Below, one piece after another: positions 28,185-41,615 of a stretch of 64,000 nucleotides of DNA (the stretch's first letter is position 1; each line of letters opens with the position of its first letter). The stretch lies in NCBI GenBank assembly GCA_030265395.1, contig JARFYF010000046.1, forward strand, positions 26,855,919 to 26,919,918. Reading direction: 5' to 3'. The notes under the pieces were generated by a model. The model was not told where the DNA came from and made no database searches. It saw nothing but the letters and a program-made list of their open reading frames with translations. The translations under genes were made by a program, and so were the position numbers. The stretch comes from Rhina ancylostomus (taxonomy: Eukaryota).

Positions 28185-28840
28185 ATATCACTTCCTGGTG
28201 AGAATGCATCTGGAATATTGTGGATAGGTCTGGTCTTCCTACCTAAGGAAGAATATACTTACAATGGAAGAAATTCAGTGAAAACACATCAGATTACTTG
28301 CTGAAATATTGGGCTTGTCCTGTGTAGAGAAGATTAAGAAGACTGGGGCTATATTCTCTTGAGTTTAGAAGAATAACAAGTGATCTCAGTGAAATATACA
28401 AACTTTTTAAGACGCTTGACAGGGTGGATGTAGAATTGTTGTTTTTGCTGGCTGGGTGTCAATTGCAAGAGAAGATATATAAGCTGGGACAAATGGCAGA
28501 AAACTATGAGAGAGCAAAGAAGTGTTAAGTGAGGCATTTGGTAGAAGCAATGGGAGTAGCAGTATAGATTTAATAACAAAATTCTTAAGAATGTAGAGTA
28601 TAGGAACTGAAAGAGTTCAGGTTTCATATGCAACGATCATTTAAGATCTTAGCGAACAAAGAAAATGGGATCTAGGGGTTCATAAACAGGAGGAGGGTGT
28701 ACCAAGGCAGCAAAGTTAGAGTGAACCATTATAAACTTTGAGGGTATTGCATCCGCTTTGTTCAACACACTTTGGGAAGGATGCAAGGGTCCTTGAGGGG
28801 ATGCTGGGATTTAGGAGAATGGTCTCAGGACCAAGGGATT
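28185..28840 (+). mobile_element. Degenerate CR1 fragments
   Basis: catctggaatattgtg ... ttcctacctaaggaagaatata ... tgatctcagtgaaatataca. Confidence 0.6.
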
Positions 28841-28849
28841 TTGTTTTTA

Positions 28850-29370
28850 TTTATTAATTTAACAGGGTCAGGACATCAGTGGAAAGACCAGCATTTATTG
28901 CTAATCCCTAACAGTCCCTGAAAAGACAATGATATCACAATGTTTCCACAATGCTGTTGAGGAGAGAGTTCCAGGATTTAGACCCAACAATGATGAAGGA
29001 ATAGCAATATATTTCCAAGTCAGGATGGCATGTTAGTTGGAAGGGGGTGTAGAGGTGGTGGTGTTCATATTGCCATTGAATCCCATGGCCTTCATGATGG
29101 TAGAAATAACAGGTTTGGGAGATGCTGTCAAAATAGCCAAAGCGAATAAATGTGGTGCATTTTTAGACAGTAAAAATTCCAGACACTTGAGTGTTGTTAG
29201 ACTTGTATTCATTCAGGCAATTGAAGAATATTCCATTACAGTCCTGGATTGTGTCTTGTAGATGGTGAAAAGGTTTTGGATTCTCAGGAGGCAAGTTATT
29301 TGCCTTGGAATACCCAGCTTCTCAAATAGTCCAGTAGACACAGTATTTATGTGGCTGATCCAGCTGAGAA
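28850..29370 (-). mobile_element. LINE 3' fragment (CR1/L2 superclade)
   Basis: ccagcatttattgctaatcccta is the reverse complement of the 3' tail seen at 51750-51775 and ~59590-59610. Confidence 0.55.
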
Positions 29371-29659
29371 CTATTATTACTGACACAATAACTGGCAGAT
29401 GGCATCATGGTAGGAAATTGTTGGTTTAAATTACCAAATAAATGAACTCAATTAAGGTATTAAATGTGCTCTCCACCCACATTAATCAGATACCTACCCA
29501 CTAAACCTGTTCTTACCTGGACTGGGTCCCTGACATGAACCTCTGGAAGGAAGCTGGCTCCAACCTCATCAGCAATCCCATAGAAATGCTTTGAGAATTG
29601 GTTAATTCAGCCCAAGGCTGAGCTGACTGTCAAAGCCATCAGATGGCTTCAAACACTAA

Positions 29660-29845
29660 ATATTGCAGATGCTGGAAATCTGAAATAAAAACAGAAAATT
29701 CTGGAAATAATCAGCAGGTCAGGCAGCATCTGTGGAAAGAAAGAGCATGGTTAACATTTCAGATTGATGACCATTCATCAGAATATCTCATCACAGATGA
29801 TCCCTGACCCGCTGTGTATGTCCAGCACTTTGTTTTTGTTTTGTC
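29660..29845 (-). mobile_element. Penelope-like terminal-repeat fragment with inverted arm and hammerhead-like core
   Basis: cagcaggtcaggcagcatctgtg versus cacagatgatccctgacccgctg inverted; minus strand CTGATGA-atggtcatcaatct-GAAA-tgtta at ~29751-29781. Confidence 0.6.
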
Positions 29846-31554
29846 AAATAGTTTGAACATTTGTGATAATCTGCCTTCAAACTATTTGACTAATATATTC
29901 CTGAACTATAAGAAAATAACTATACTGTTAAAATATTTTGAAATATTAATTCAAAAATACAAAATACAAGAAAACACTTAAAACAATTAAATGTATTTAA
30001 ATGAACTCAATTCAATAAAAGAAAACATAATTAATTAATTACCCTCACTGCCATTTCTCATTACCTAATTGAATGAAGTCACTGAATCTAACCCGACGGA
30101 GGTTCAGCAGGCAGATCTCCCAGCAAAGGTGCTGGAAAACTCCTAAGTTCACACAACTGCTGGACCACATGAGAAATCCAACATTGGATCACAGTGGATT
30201 TGAAGGCAGCAATTAGTTGTGTGGATGTTCAGGACCTCTGCAAGACATACACTTGCATTTCATTCAGAATTTGGATTGAAAAGTGCGACCAACCTAAAAA
30301 GTAGTTCAAAATCCAACATTTTATGAGTTCCCCCAACCAGCTTGCTCTACTGTAAAGTTAAGGGGTAGATTGTGTTTTGTTCTAAATGGCAAAGAATCAC
30401 CACCCATCTCTGCTGATAATACATTAAGTACAGAAAACACTGGAGGTTGGATGCAGCTTCAGAATGGATTCTGAGGGGCAAACTGCTTGTGAATCTGGGA
30501 TCTCATACAAGGTAAAGAATGCAAATTTTCTAGTCTAAAGGATGTTTGTGATCCAGTTAAGTTTTTACAACTAAACTAGTTTTGTGGCTTTTATTATTAA
30601 TGTCTAGTATTTGTTTCGTTTCAGATTATTAGCTGCCAGGATGGGATTTGAACTAGTATCGTTAGTCTGCAATCAATTAATCCAACCTTGGATTGAGACA
30701 TCATCAAGTAATTTCCTCAGCACATCACATTCACATCCTTATAATGACCAGTTGTATCATTGATACTGAGATCTACAGTGAAACTATCAAATATGTAAAC
30801 TTCCACTTCCACTGTAGTTTGCTCATTTGACAATGCTGCAATGCTCAATGTACACTAATGTCAGTATTAGTGGTGTGCTTAGTGAGCACTTCTTTTCCCA
30901 TGTTCTAGCATTGCCGGAATTCAAATGTTCTGAATGGTGCTCAGAAAAGCCAGAAATGAGAATAGCATTTACAAAGGGGATCTGTTGCCCAGAACTCCTT
31001 TCACAACTGAATGTTGCATTTGATTGATTTTGAAACTGTAATTAATGGAGAGATTGGACCATCAAGTGGAATAGCTGTTGGTCATTATGCACAGCTGGTA
31101 TTAACACAATCAATTACTTTAAAGGGAATTTTGTGACTATAATAACCTTATTAAAAACAAACTGTAACCATCCAGTGCTTAGTAACAAAACAGACATATA
31201 TACACGAGGTTGCCTCCAGGGCTGAATTAATTGAAATGGTAATGAATCCTTCATGGAAACAACTTATTTCTGTGAAGAAGTCCTTTTTTCCTGATGAATA
31301 GTGATAATAATCACAGCTGACTGAGGTAAAAGATGATGTAACTTTTGAAGATTCTTGTAAAGGAACCCTCTTGGCCTAGATGCCTACATCATGAAGCACT
31401 TCAAAAGATAAAACTTATCTGATTATTTCCATCTTCCAAGAATTTTGTTCTTCATCTTATTGCAAGCCAAATGGCAAGTCCATAATTAAAATGTCCCCAT
31501 CTGTTACATGTAGATTGTGTGGTGACCTGAACCATTTATCCTCAGCAATCCTCA

Positions 31555-31905
31555 AGGTGGAAGGTGGTGCAGCTTATTGAACCATTTGCCTCGCAGCTCC
31601 AGTGATCTGGGTTCAATGTTTAACTCAGACGGTGTCTGTGTGGAATCTGCACATTCTCCCTGGTTTCCTCAGGGTGCTCCAGTTTACTCCCTACATCCCA
31701 AAGATGTGCTGGTTAATTGGTTAAATGACCACAGTAAAATTGCCCCTAGGGTATTGGTGAGTGGTTGATTCTGGGGGAGTTGATGGGAACGTATGGAAAA
31801 TAAATGGGATTAATATAAGATCAGTGTAAAAATGGATGACTAATGGTCAGTAAAGACTCAATGGGCTGAAGGGTCAGTTTCTGTTCTGTGTCTCTCTATG
31901 ACTCT
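31555..31905 (+). mobile_element. tRNA-derived V-domain SINE with CR1-type tail
   Basis: gggttcaat B-box-like motif, tggtttcctcagggtgctccagtttactccc core, gggctgaaggg...ctatgactct tail. Confidence 0.8.
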
Positions 31906-31919
31906 TAATGCAGTATTTA

Positions 31920-34900
31920 ATAGAACAGGAGTAGGAGTGGTAAATTAAACTCTTTGAACCTTCTCCACTAGTTTTTCACACACTTTTTATTACTGATACT
32001 AATTTCCCTTAATTCTTCCTTTTCATAAGATTCTTGCTTTCTGGTAGGTTATTTATGTCCTCTGAAAACAGGACCAATATACTTATTAATTTTCTACCTA
32101 TTTGTTACCCATTATAGATTCTTCTGTTTGACTGTAAATGACCTATATTTATCAGTAGTATTTTTTTTACTTTTACATACTTGTGTACATTTTCTAAGAC
32201 CACTTGTATGTTCCTTGCAAGTTAACTTTCACACTCTTTTCTTCTATTAATCAAATTCTTAGTCCTCTTATTGCAGATTTCTAAACTGCTCCCAATCAGG
32301 CCTACTACTTTTTCTGGCCACTTTATGTACCTCTTCTTCTTATCCTTAACTTCTTTTGTAAACCAAGGTTGGACCTCTTTCCCTTCTGTGATTTTGCTCC
32401 AGAAAAGAATGTATAATGGTTGCAGTTCTAGCATTCATTCCCAATAGGATTTAGAGTAATAGAATCACACACCAAAAACAGGATCTTTGGCCCACCACGT
32501 CCATGCTGACCATCAAATAACTATCCATACAAATCCTATTTACTAGCACCTGGCCCATAGCCTTTTATACCTTGGTGATTTCAAGATTTCTTCAAGATAC
32601 TTCTTAAATGTTGTAAGAGCGTCCATCTCCACCAGTCCTATGGGCAGTGTCTTCCTGACTGCAATCACTGTCTGGGTGAAAATATTCTTCCTCAGATGCC
32701 CTCTAAATTTCCATTTCCTTTTATTAAACTTATGACCTCTGGTTTTAGACACATCAGCTACAGGAAAAATTTCTTACTATCTGTCCTATCTTTGCTCCTC
32801 ATAATTTTGTAAATACCTCAGTCAGGTGCCCCTCAGTCTTGACTGCTCCAAGGGAAAGAAACCAAGCTTAAGTGGTTTCTCTTCAAATCTAAAATGCTCT
32901 ATCCCAGGCAACATCCTGATGAATATCTTTTGCACCCTCTTCATTGTAATCATATCCTAATAGTATGGTGACCAGAACTGATTATAGAACTCCAGCTGCT
33001 GACTAACCAATGTTTTATAAAGTTGAACCATAACCACCCTGCACTTATGCTTCCTATTCCTTATCCATGCCTTGATATCCTTTGACATCCAGGGTTCCTT
33101 GGACCAGGTGTCCTTAGCTTTCAGCCTTTCAAGTTCATGTTGGCCCTGAACTCTCACTATTTCACTTTTGAATAACTCCCATTTGTCAGCTGTAGGCTTA
33201 CTTACAAGTAGTTGCCTCAGTCTACTTTTGCCAAGTCATATCTTAAGATATTGAAATCAGATTTCCCCCAAATCAGGACCTTAATTTCTCATCCATTCTT
33301 ATTGATCACTATCTTGAAACTTACGAAGTCATGGTTACTACATTCACAATGGTCTCCCAGTGGCACTTCAACCCATAATCATTTTCTCAGGTTAGATCCA
33401 GTATTGCCATTTCGGCAGTATTTCTACCTGCATACTAGCTCCAAAAGTTCTCTTGGACACACTTTAAAAATCGATCTCTTCCAAGCCTTTCACACCAAGG
33501 TGATCCCTGTTAATATTGGGAAAGTTGAAATCCCCTACCACTACAATCCTATTATTTTTACACTTCTCTGTGACTTGCAAGCTATCTGCTCCTTTATCTC
33601 CCTCTGACTGTTAGAAGGCCTGTCGTTCACCCCCACAAAAAATAATCACCCCCTTTTTATTTCTGAGCTCCAACTATATCTTCTCGTAAATGCTCCCACA
33701 TTGCTGCAGTAATAGACCCCTCAATCAATACTGCAAAAGCAACTGCAACTTTCATAGCCCATCCTCCTCCCTACATCACACCTGAAGATTCCATACTCTG
33801 GAATGTTCAGATGCCAGTCCTGCTCTTTGGCCATTGCCTATCCACTATCATACCTCTTAATAAAGCTGCCTTATCTATCACAATCAACTCTTTTTCTCAT
33901 ACCTACATAGTTTTCTTTGTTTCAGTTTAGGACCTTAGTTTTGGATTCAACTACTTCCCATCCTAATGAAGATACTATCATATTCTGGTCACTCTTCCCT
34001 AAAAGATCCCACACAAGATTATTAATTAATTCCTTCACACTGTTCGCCACTTGACTTGTCAACATACTGATTTGAAAATTATGTTCCATACATATTCTAG
34101 GAATTTGTCCTCCACATTATTATGTTTAGGCCTGTCTATTGGTTGATTACAGCCACATATTATTGCTATAGTACACTTTTCACATGCACCCTTAAGTCCC
34201 TGTTTCATCCCATCCTGTATTACCACTATTGCTTAAGAGGCCCACAGAGAAATCCCACAAATGTTTTCTGCCCCTTGATTCTTCTTAGTTCCACCCAGAC
34301 AAATTTTACATCTAGATTTTCTGCCGACATCCTTCCTCACTAATTTTGTTTGCATCTGTTACTAACAACATAACTCATCCTCCTTTTTCTTTTTACCTGT
34401 CTTTCTGAAATATCAAATATGCTCAACTTTTCAGCTCCCAGCCTTGGTAATGCTGCAGCTACATCTCCATAATGTTTATTATTATATAATTTTCCTTTAC
34501 ATCTATTTGCATTGTTAATTTATCTACCTTATTACAAATACTTTGCACATTCAAATTTAGCCTTCCAAAACACTATTTTAACATATTTAGCACAAAAATG
34601 TGATAAGGTATCTGTGGTCCTATTTGTCTTTTGACCACTTTTTTTTAAACCAGGTCTGATTGCTCAGTGCATTGTGTTGTTTGCATCTTCTATCCCTTCC
34701 TGACACCAATTGGTTATCCTTGACCTTCTCATTTTTTTGCAGTTTTCTTGTCTTTTGCTCTTTAGATTTCTCCCTGCTGCCCAACTCCCCAAGGCTAATC
34801 CAGCACCACTATTTAGCTTAAACATTCATTTGAACCCAGCATGGTTCAGACATGGTATGTTCCAACAGAACAGCTCTCTTCAGGTAGTGATGCCAGTGCC

Positions 34901-35630
34901 CCATTAAACAAACCCCATTTTCCACCCACCAATCTTTATACTTCTTATTCACCTCCTTGATCCTATTATCCCTGTGCTAATTTGCTTGTGGCTCAGGCAA
35001 TATTCCAGTTATTATTACCTTTGCCAATGTTTTTTCAAATTGGTCCCTAGTTGCTCAAACTCTCTCAGCAGAAACTATTTCTTAGTGCTATCTACATGGA
35101 CCACTGCAATTGGTTCCTCTCCCTTCTATGACATATTCCTTACCCTGACAATGGGTAGGCAACATAGCATTCAGGTCTCAGGCTCTTGGTTGGAGAGGAT
35201 AGTGCGCATCTCACGAACTATACTGTCCCCAAATACAACGACCTTCCTTTTCACGCCCGCAACTTGAATCCTTCCTGGACCACATTTCCATGATAGTTTT
35301 CAAATTCTCCCTATAATCCTAACATTGCCAGAAGGACTGCAAGAACCTTAACCTATTGGACAACTACAGGGGCTGAGNNNNNNNNNNNNNTATCTCCTGG
35401 ATCCCCATATTATCCTCACCCACAATCAGACTAACCTGGCCCTGACCACATGTCAATTCTAAAACATTTAATCTAAGGAGTGTGGCTCCCTCCCAGAGCA
35501 AACATTCCAAGTAACTTGCTCCTTCCCTGATCTCTCACAATGTCTGCAGCTCAGATTCCAGGTTCTGAAAAGGAAGCGTAAGTTCCTAGAGTCCTAGATA
35601 AGTGTCCACAAGCTTCTACATTTTGCAGGA
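31920..35630 (-). mobile_element. Cluster of nested, degenerate CR1 LINE segments (3' ends, ORF2 and upstream parts)
   Basis: ORFs PWFTKEVKDKKK, SKTRGHKFNKRKWKFRGHLRKNIFTQ, SKEPWMSKDIKAWIR...LYKTLVSQQLEFYNQFWSPYY. Confidence 0.75.
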
Positions 35631-35914
35631 GCCACGTATCTCCTATCCTTTCATGATTTTATTTATTTAATTTGGCTCTCTATGTGAAATCCACCACAGT
35701 TGAAACAAACAGTGGTCATGACATAGTATTATTCTGTCATGGTCTGTTGTCCATTGAGAGCAAATAGCTGCAGAATAGTTGGCCAATTAATTCCACACTG
35801 ATAAATGTGTGGTGAAAATGTAGTTTGGGGTGCTCGTGAGAATTTACAAGTAACTAAGTTGCCCCTGAGTACAGTTTCTGAGAGGACTTCCTTCCTATGG
35901 CACATAATATCAAC

Positions 35915-36025
35915 AGCAAAAAAAAACTGCTGGAGGAACTCTGAGTTGAGCAGGGAAAGAAATTATTCACCAGCAATTTGTTTTTTGCTCCAGAGTACAG
36001 CAACTGCAGTCTCTTGTGTCTCCAT
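35915..36025. mobile_element. Short Penelope-type inverted-repeat fragment
   Basis: gcaaaaaaaaactgctggaggaactc ... ccagcaatttgttttttgctccag ... ctgcagtctcttgtgtct. Confidence 0.5.
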
Positions 36026-37258
36026 AAGACAGTTGTGCCTAGTGCTAATCATCTTCCTTGAGTTCATCCTTTTNNNNNNNNNNTCCATAATCTCCTTTTC
36101 CTTCAGCAGTTCCTCCCCTTGTTTAATACCTCAGGAAAGAGTTGAGATATTCTGTTACATATGTTGTATAGCACATATCAGACAATGAATTATTTGGTAA
36201 GCTGTGGAACATCCCCAAACTGGTGCTGAGAACAGGATCTCTTTTTGAGTAAACTGATAGTACTACCTTTTAAGATCTTCTTGTTAATATGGCTTTCACT
36301 GTTGCAATGCTCAACTAGAATGCTGGAGCACATATTACCATCAGAAGTCAGCAAAAAGGGTGAAGACCCTCAGATCCAAGTTCCAGTCATTGGGGCAGTG
36401 GCAAACCTGAAGTATGTCTGGCAAAGCCAACCCTCTCAGAATAAGTAATTTGAGTTTCCTGTAAGCTTGCCACTNNNNNNNNNNNNNNNNNNNCCATCAT
36501 CATCCACAAATGGAGGGAGTAAAAGCACTTGCAATTCTTGAAAAACCAAGAATTCTGAAGGACAGCCTGCCAACTGAACTCTGGGGAAGACAGTGAGAAC
36601 CAGTTTGCAGAGACTCTTTTTGGAGAGGTTGAAATAGGAGCTTGTGTCCCTCTACACACTGTGAAATCAATCTTTCAAGCGTGATCAATTCTATTTCTGT
36701 TCCTTCAGCATCTCCTACCCTATCTATAGCACCTGATATGCCTGGCCTGAAGGTCCTAATTAAAAAGAGCATCCAGTGGGATGATCATGGAAGTTAATAG
36801 CTTGTAATTGCTGAAGTGGAAATAAGCTTGTAGAAAAGTTGTGGTCATTTGAAGCACCTTTCAAATTGAGCAGTTAGTCTTCAGAGAGCTCTACAGTGGA
36901 CTGCAAAGATTTAACTTTTAGTGCAAATTATTTTTTAAATGGCACTGCGAGTCTGGAAACCTGGTTGATCCATAATTGACCAACACTCACTGGTTGTGTT
37001 AGACCAATGTCACCTCACCAAGTTTCTACTCTTAAATGATGTTGCATAAATACTGACAATAACGGCATGTTGAATATGGTGCATGTATTGTTGGCGTGAA
37101 CATGTACCAAGACTGAAAATGTCCAGCTGTGTTCCTGAAGTGGCATGATGCAACTGAGAAATGGCCATAATCACCATCTCATCAAGGTAAAAACAATTTA
37201 TGCATGATCGCACTACAAAATCTAATATTAAAGTTAAAAACAGGGGACCAATCCATAC

Positions 37259-37309
37259 CAATATTTGGTTCCTCTACCTGAGCAGGAATCATTGGACAGT
37301 GAAGCATTG
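37259..37309 (-). CDS. Probable internal exon (51 nt, phase 1-1); AMLHCPMIPAQVEEPNI
   Basis: Acceptor tttatgtcttcag|CA, donor TTG|gtatgg; flanking intron weakly matches that of exon 52933-52992 (atccaaaggcaact vs atccagaggccatct). Confidence 0.5.
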
Positions 37310-39082
37310 CTGAAGACATAAATCTTCAAAAATGGGTATTAGCAGGAGAAGATACACTAAGCGCATTACAATGTTCATCCAAAGGCAACTACAGCCCATG
37401 TTTGAGTTTATACATGCTCAGATTGGGATGCCCTTTATTGCGATAAACTGGAGACTCAATATCATAGCTTTTCATAGCATGGCTACCTTCAACTTAATAT
37501 CCAAAAACCTCAGAACAGAAATGGAATGAGTAAAATTTTATGAAACACAGATGCTAATGGAATAACATTGCTATGAGTAGTAGAAAATAGCTAGGAGAAT
37601 AAGAAACACATAAGGGGGGTTAAGCTGCAAAGAGTATGATTGTGTGGCAAATATTCTTTGTGATCTAGAGTTAATCTCAAGTATAGGTAACATTTCAATA
37701 TTTATGAAGTGTTTGAAACTATACCCAGGAATTAATCTTTGCTTTATAGGCACAGGACAGTGACTTGTGTATGTTATTACAATTTTCGTTATAAGCCAAT
37801 TTAGGCTGTTGAGCAACGGTAATGCGTGAGAAGAATATGGTCTGGATAAGCATAGAGGCAACCACAGTTGGTAAGTTCACTTGTTATGATGGATGAAAAA
37901 ACAGGCTGGAAAAGACAGCTCCACATAGTTAAGTAGAATATGAAGATGACAAACTTTCAAAAGCTTATTTATTGAGGGAGAACAGAAGCTACAAGTAATC
38001 TCAGACCTCAAAAACTTTCCATATTCAGAGAAAGCAACTGTTAAGATTAGTAAACTATATGCTTGATTTCCCCCTTTTAGCTAAAGGCGAACTGATCAAG
38101 AAACCTTATGCTTCCTAGATCAATGATAAAACAGGAACACCATTTGACGAAAATTTGAGATGACTTTCCCATGGTTACTCATGTACTTCACCCTATTTAG
38201 ATTATATTCAGAAGTCTGTTTAGTTATAACATGTACATATCCGATTCCATGGATTTATTAATGCATACTGGAAATTCGGCTGAGTAATGATGAATTTCAT
38301 GATTATCCTGCCACCTGCACGCACCCTCTAGCATCCCTGCCTGCCCAACTGAATATTTCCTTATGGGGACAACAGAGTGAGCTGAATCTTCTGAACTTCA
38401 TGGATGTCCCAGTGAGATGATGCAGGCTCATACTGCGAGTAAGCGTCAGACAGTGTATATTATCCCTGGAACATTTCACCATATGTCAAAGTTGTTTCTG
38501 GCTCTAAAACCATTAAAATAGATTTAGATATTTTAAATAAAATAAATTTTATTAGAAATGCATTAAAAGCATTAAAATAGTGTCAGATCAGCAACCCTGG
38601 GGTAAAAGTGAAGGCCAAACACTAAAGTTCATCTCCAGGCCTCCCTTCAAGAAGTCACTGCTCTACCACTGGTGTCAGCAATAAGTGGACTGTCAGTTGC
38701 ACCAGCATCTGTCCTTCAAACTGCAGAAACTAAAGTCTAAGACTTCCAGGTGCGCCAACAGCTAATAGCTGGCAGTTCCCCTTCATGTAGCTCCATATAT
38801 TTCACCCTCATTAAATCATTCCTAAAGGTTTCATTTTGTAAAATGCTTTTGCAAACATAATTGATCCTACAAAATTTGCTACTCAACAATTTGATGCAGT
38901 ATCTATAAGCTATATAAGAGGTACACAGTTATTCTTATTCTTAACAAAGAATGTGGATAGAAATATTTACACAATTAATCAATTCTCAGTCAGTACTTCA
39001 AACTGACACCAATGAGAATATTATTCCATGGCCTTGAGAAGAAGATAAGCAATACTAATGACATCACAGTTCAGATTATTTT

Positions 39083-39680
39083 TTCTTCTTCAGTAGTCCA
39101 CTGGAGTTGAGGATGATTTGCTTTCAGTCCAGTTTGGTTGGTTCTGAGGTGGCTGATGAGGACATTGTGAATTCTACAAGCCCTGCCACAGGTGAGGCAG
39201 GAGATGCTGTAGGTGATGGATGGGAGATTATTATGAGAGAGAGTGTACTCCTTCCACTGTTTTCACTGAGTTTCTACAAACTCCCACTGAGACTCAAGAT
39301 TTGCCGTACCATTCCAAATGCTGCTTCTTCATTTTGATTGGTCCTGGGCCAGGGATCCCGAGAATCCAAAAGGATGTCACATTTTCTTCAAGGAGGCTTT
39401 AAGAACATCCTTGAGCATTTTCTCCATCCTCTTTGTACCACCTTCCATGTCTCAGCTGCCACCTCTCTGCAAAGGCAGATATCAGTGATAAAATTCACCA
39501 CTGCCTATAGTGAGCTGGCACAATTGAAAGAAAGAATGTTCAGAGATAAACACCTCAAACCCAGCTAAAAGCTCTTTGTCAACTGGCAGGAGTGATACTT
39601 GCCCTTCTATACACCTCAGAAACATAGACTGCTTACAACGGCACTTCAATGAACTGGGGCAATGTACAGCAACTCTTAAA
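39083..39680. mobile_element. RTE-clade LINE fragment with internal inversion
   Basis: 39083-39430 minus encodes KDVLKASLKK plus the 3' end; 39455-39675 plus encodes an upstream, frameshifted RTE segment (gcagatatcagtgataaaattcaccac ... gcccttctatacacctcagaaaca). Confidence 0.65.
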
Positions 39681-41247
39681 GAGAGATTCTAAGCTTGTCA
39701 ATTATGAAACTCAAAGTATACAAAAGAGTATCAAGTTTGTTTGTACAAGACACCCGGTTAGCTGTCATCATGCTTTTATACTGTAACAGTCAACCATCAC
39801 ACACTTTTTGGCATCTGCACCAAATAATGAAGCAGTAGAGTAGATAGTATCTCCAACACGTGGCTCATAACAACTCCACGAACCCAGCACATCTGCACTA
39901 CATCAAAGTAAAGGCCACCTCTGTAATTATTGAACACACCAACAGATTATTTAAACAAAGAATAAGGATTCTGAACTAGGTTGGGGTCTCCACAGAGTAT
40001 ACTTTATAAAGAATTTCTCACATGCTACAGAAGCACTGTTTTTATCCACGCAACCTTGCCAGATGCAAGACCAATATTGATTTGAGAACAAGGTCAATTT
40101 CAGCCTTCAGTACAGAATCCAAGGTTAGAATCTCCATACCTGACTGAGAGACTGCATGCAACATTAGATTGCTTTGGTATCTTGGCCAATACTTATTTTT
40201 TTATCAGCATGATTAAGACAAGTTTCAGTCTATGTAACTCACTGCTGTTTGAAGTAACTGCATTAGAACTTTGATTTTTGTACAGAAATTTCTGGTGTTT
40301 ACAATTAAGAGGGACTAAGCAAGGACTATGTAGGAGAAACTACCAAGACAACACGCAAGCAGAAAACACAAATTAGATAAAGGAATGCACTTGAAGCATT
40401 GTTATAGTATCATATTTTTTGTATGAATATAACTTCTTTCTAGTATGAAATACAAATGAATCCTAATATTCACAGAAAATGCAAATTACAAATGAAATAA
40501 AATTACCAATCAACTAAATTGAGATCAGTAGTCAATGGAAGAATGGACTATTGAACCAAAAAGTAATGAAGCAGAAGTATCCAGGTGGTATTGGAGGCAC
40601 AGAAAGAAAAAAAGTGGAGAATGGAGGTGACAAAGCCATTGATGAGGGCTTCAACAACAAATTAGCTGATAATTACATGCATCGAGGACTTTACACATTC
40701 AGAGGAAGTCAATACTTAACTTAATAAATTGAACTTTACATTCCCCAAATCAGCAAAAAGATGAACTGATGAAGTAACTCTGTGTCCTCCATTGATGATA
40801 AAACAGGATCATTCCTCAACTCAAACTTGAGATTGTTGTCCATGTTTTTTTTGCCCTGTTTAATTCCCAAATGTATGTTTTGATCTAATTCCTTTGCAGG
40901 CTTCATTGATTCCATGAGATTTGTTGCTCTGTACTGATGACGAGCTAGTACATATAAATTTCCACACAGGAGGACTGAGGTTAAACTTTTACCCAGGCAT
41001 AAAGTGGAAAGAAAGTTAATCATTTTTAGTTCAGTGTGTCAAGTTACAAAATAAGGTAATCACTGCTTGGGAAAGTATGTTAGGAGCTGACTAATGCCCA
41101 TTGCAGAAGGCACAAGACCCCTTAGAATACATTGACTACTGCATGTAGGGAAAATATGATAGATATAAATAAACTCTTGAAAAAATTATATATTACATAC
41201 TTAATAAAATATTGCAGGGTTTTCAGAGAACAATGAATGTCATTTTA

Positions 41248-41593
41248 GAGGAGCGGAGTTGACAACATAATAATGTTCCTTGTTCATGGAGAAATATCAG
41301 TCTATTTTTTTTCTTTTGAGATTTTCTTTTAATTTGTTTCATTTTATTACTTACAATTTTTTTTCAATTTGTTTTTTTATATATAATAAATCTTTTTCTT
41401 TCTCCTTTTGATCTTTTTTTTGTAATATATTCATTTACCAAGAAACCGTGGGGCCTAGAATATATCTTTTATTCTTTATGACTATATATGTCATGATTGT
41501 CCTCCCGATCTCTTTGTATTATATGTATAATTACCTATATTATATGTATTAATCTGTATTAATTTGAAAATTAATAATAAAAAGATTGAAAAA
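41248..41593 (+). mobile_element. T-rich L1/Tx1-like 3'-UTR fragment with 13-bp TSD
   Basis: TSD gaatgtcatttta at 41235-41247 and 41594-41606; ends aataataaaaagattgaaaaa. Confidence 0.7.
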
Positions 41594-41615
41594 GAATGTC
41601 ATTTTAAAATTATAC

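Noticed and set aside
30810-31380. Coding-looking minus-strand open frames of about 70 codons
   Set aside because: No convincing paired splice sites in the right phase and no recognisable homology
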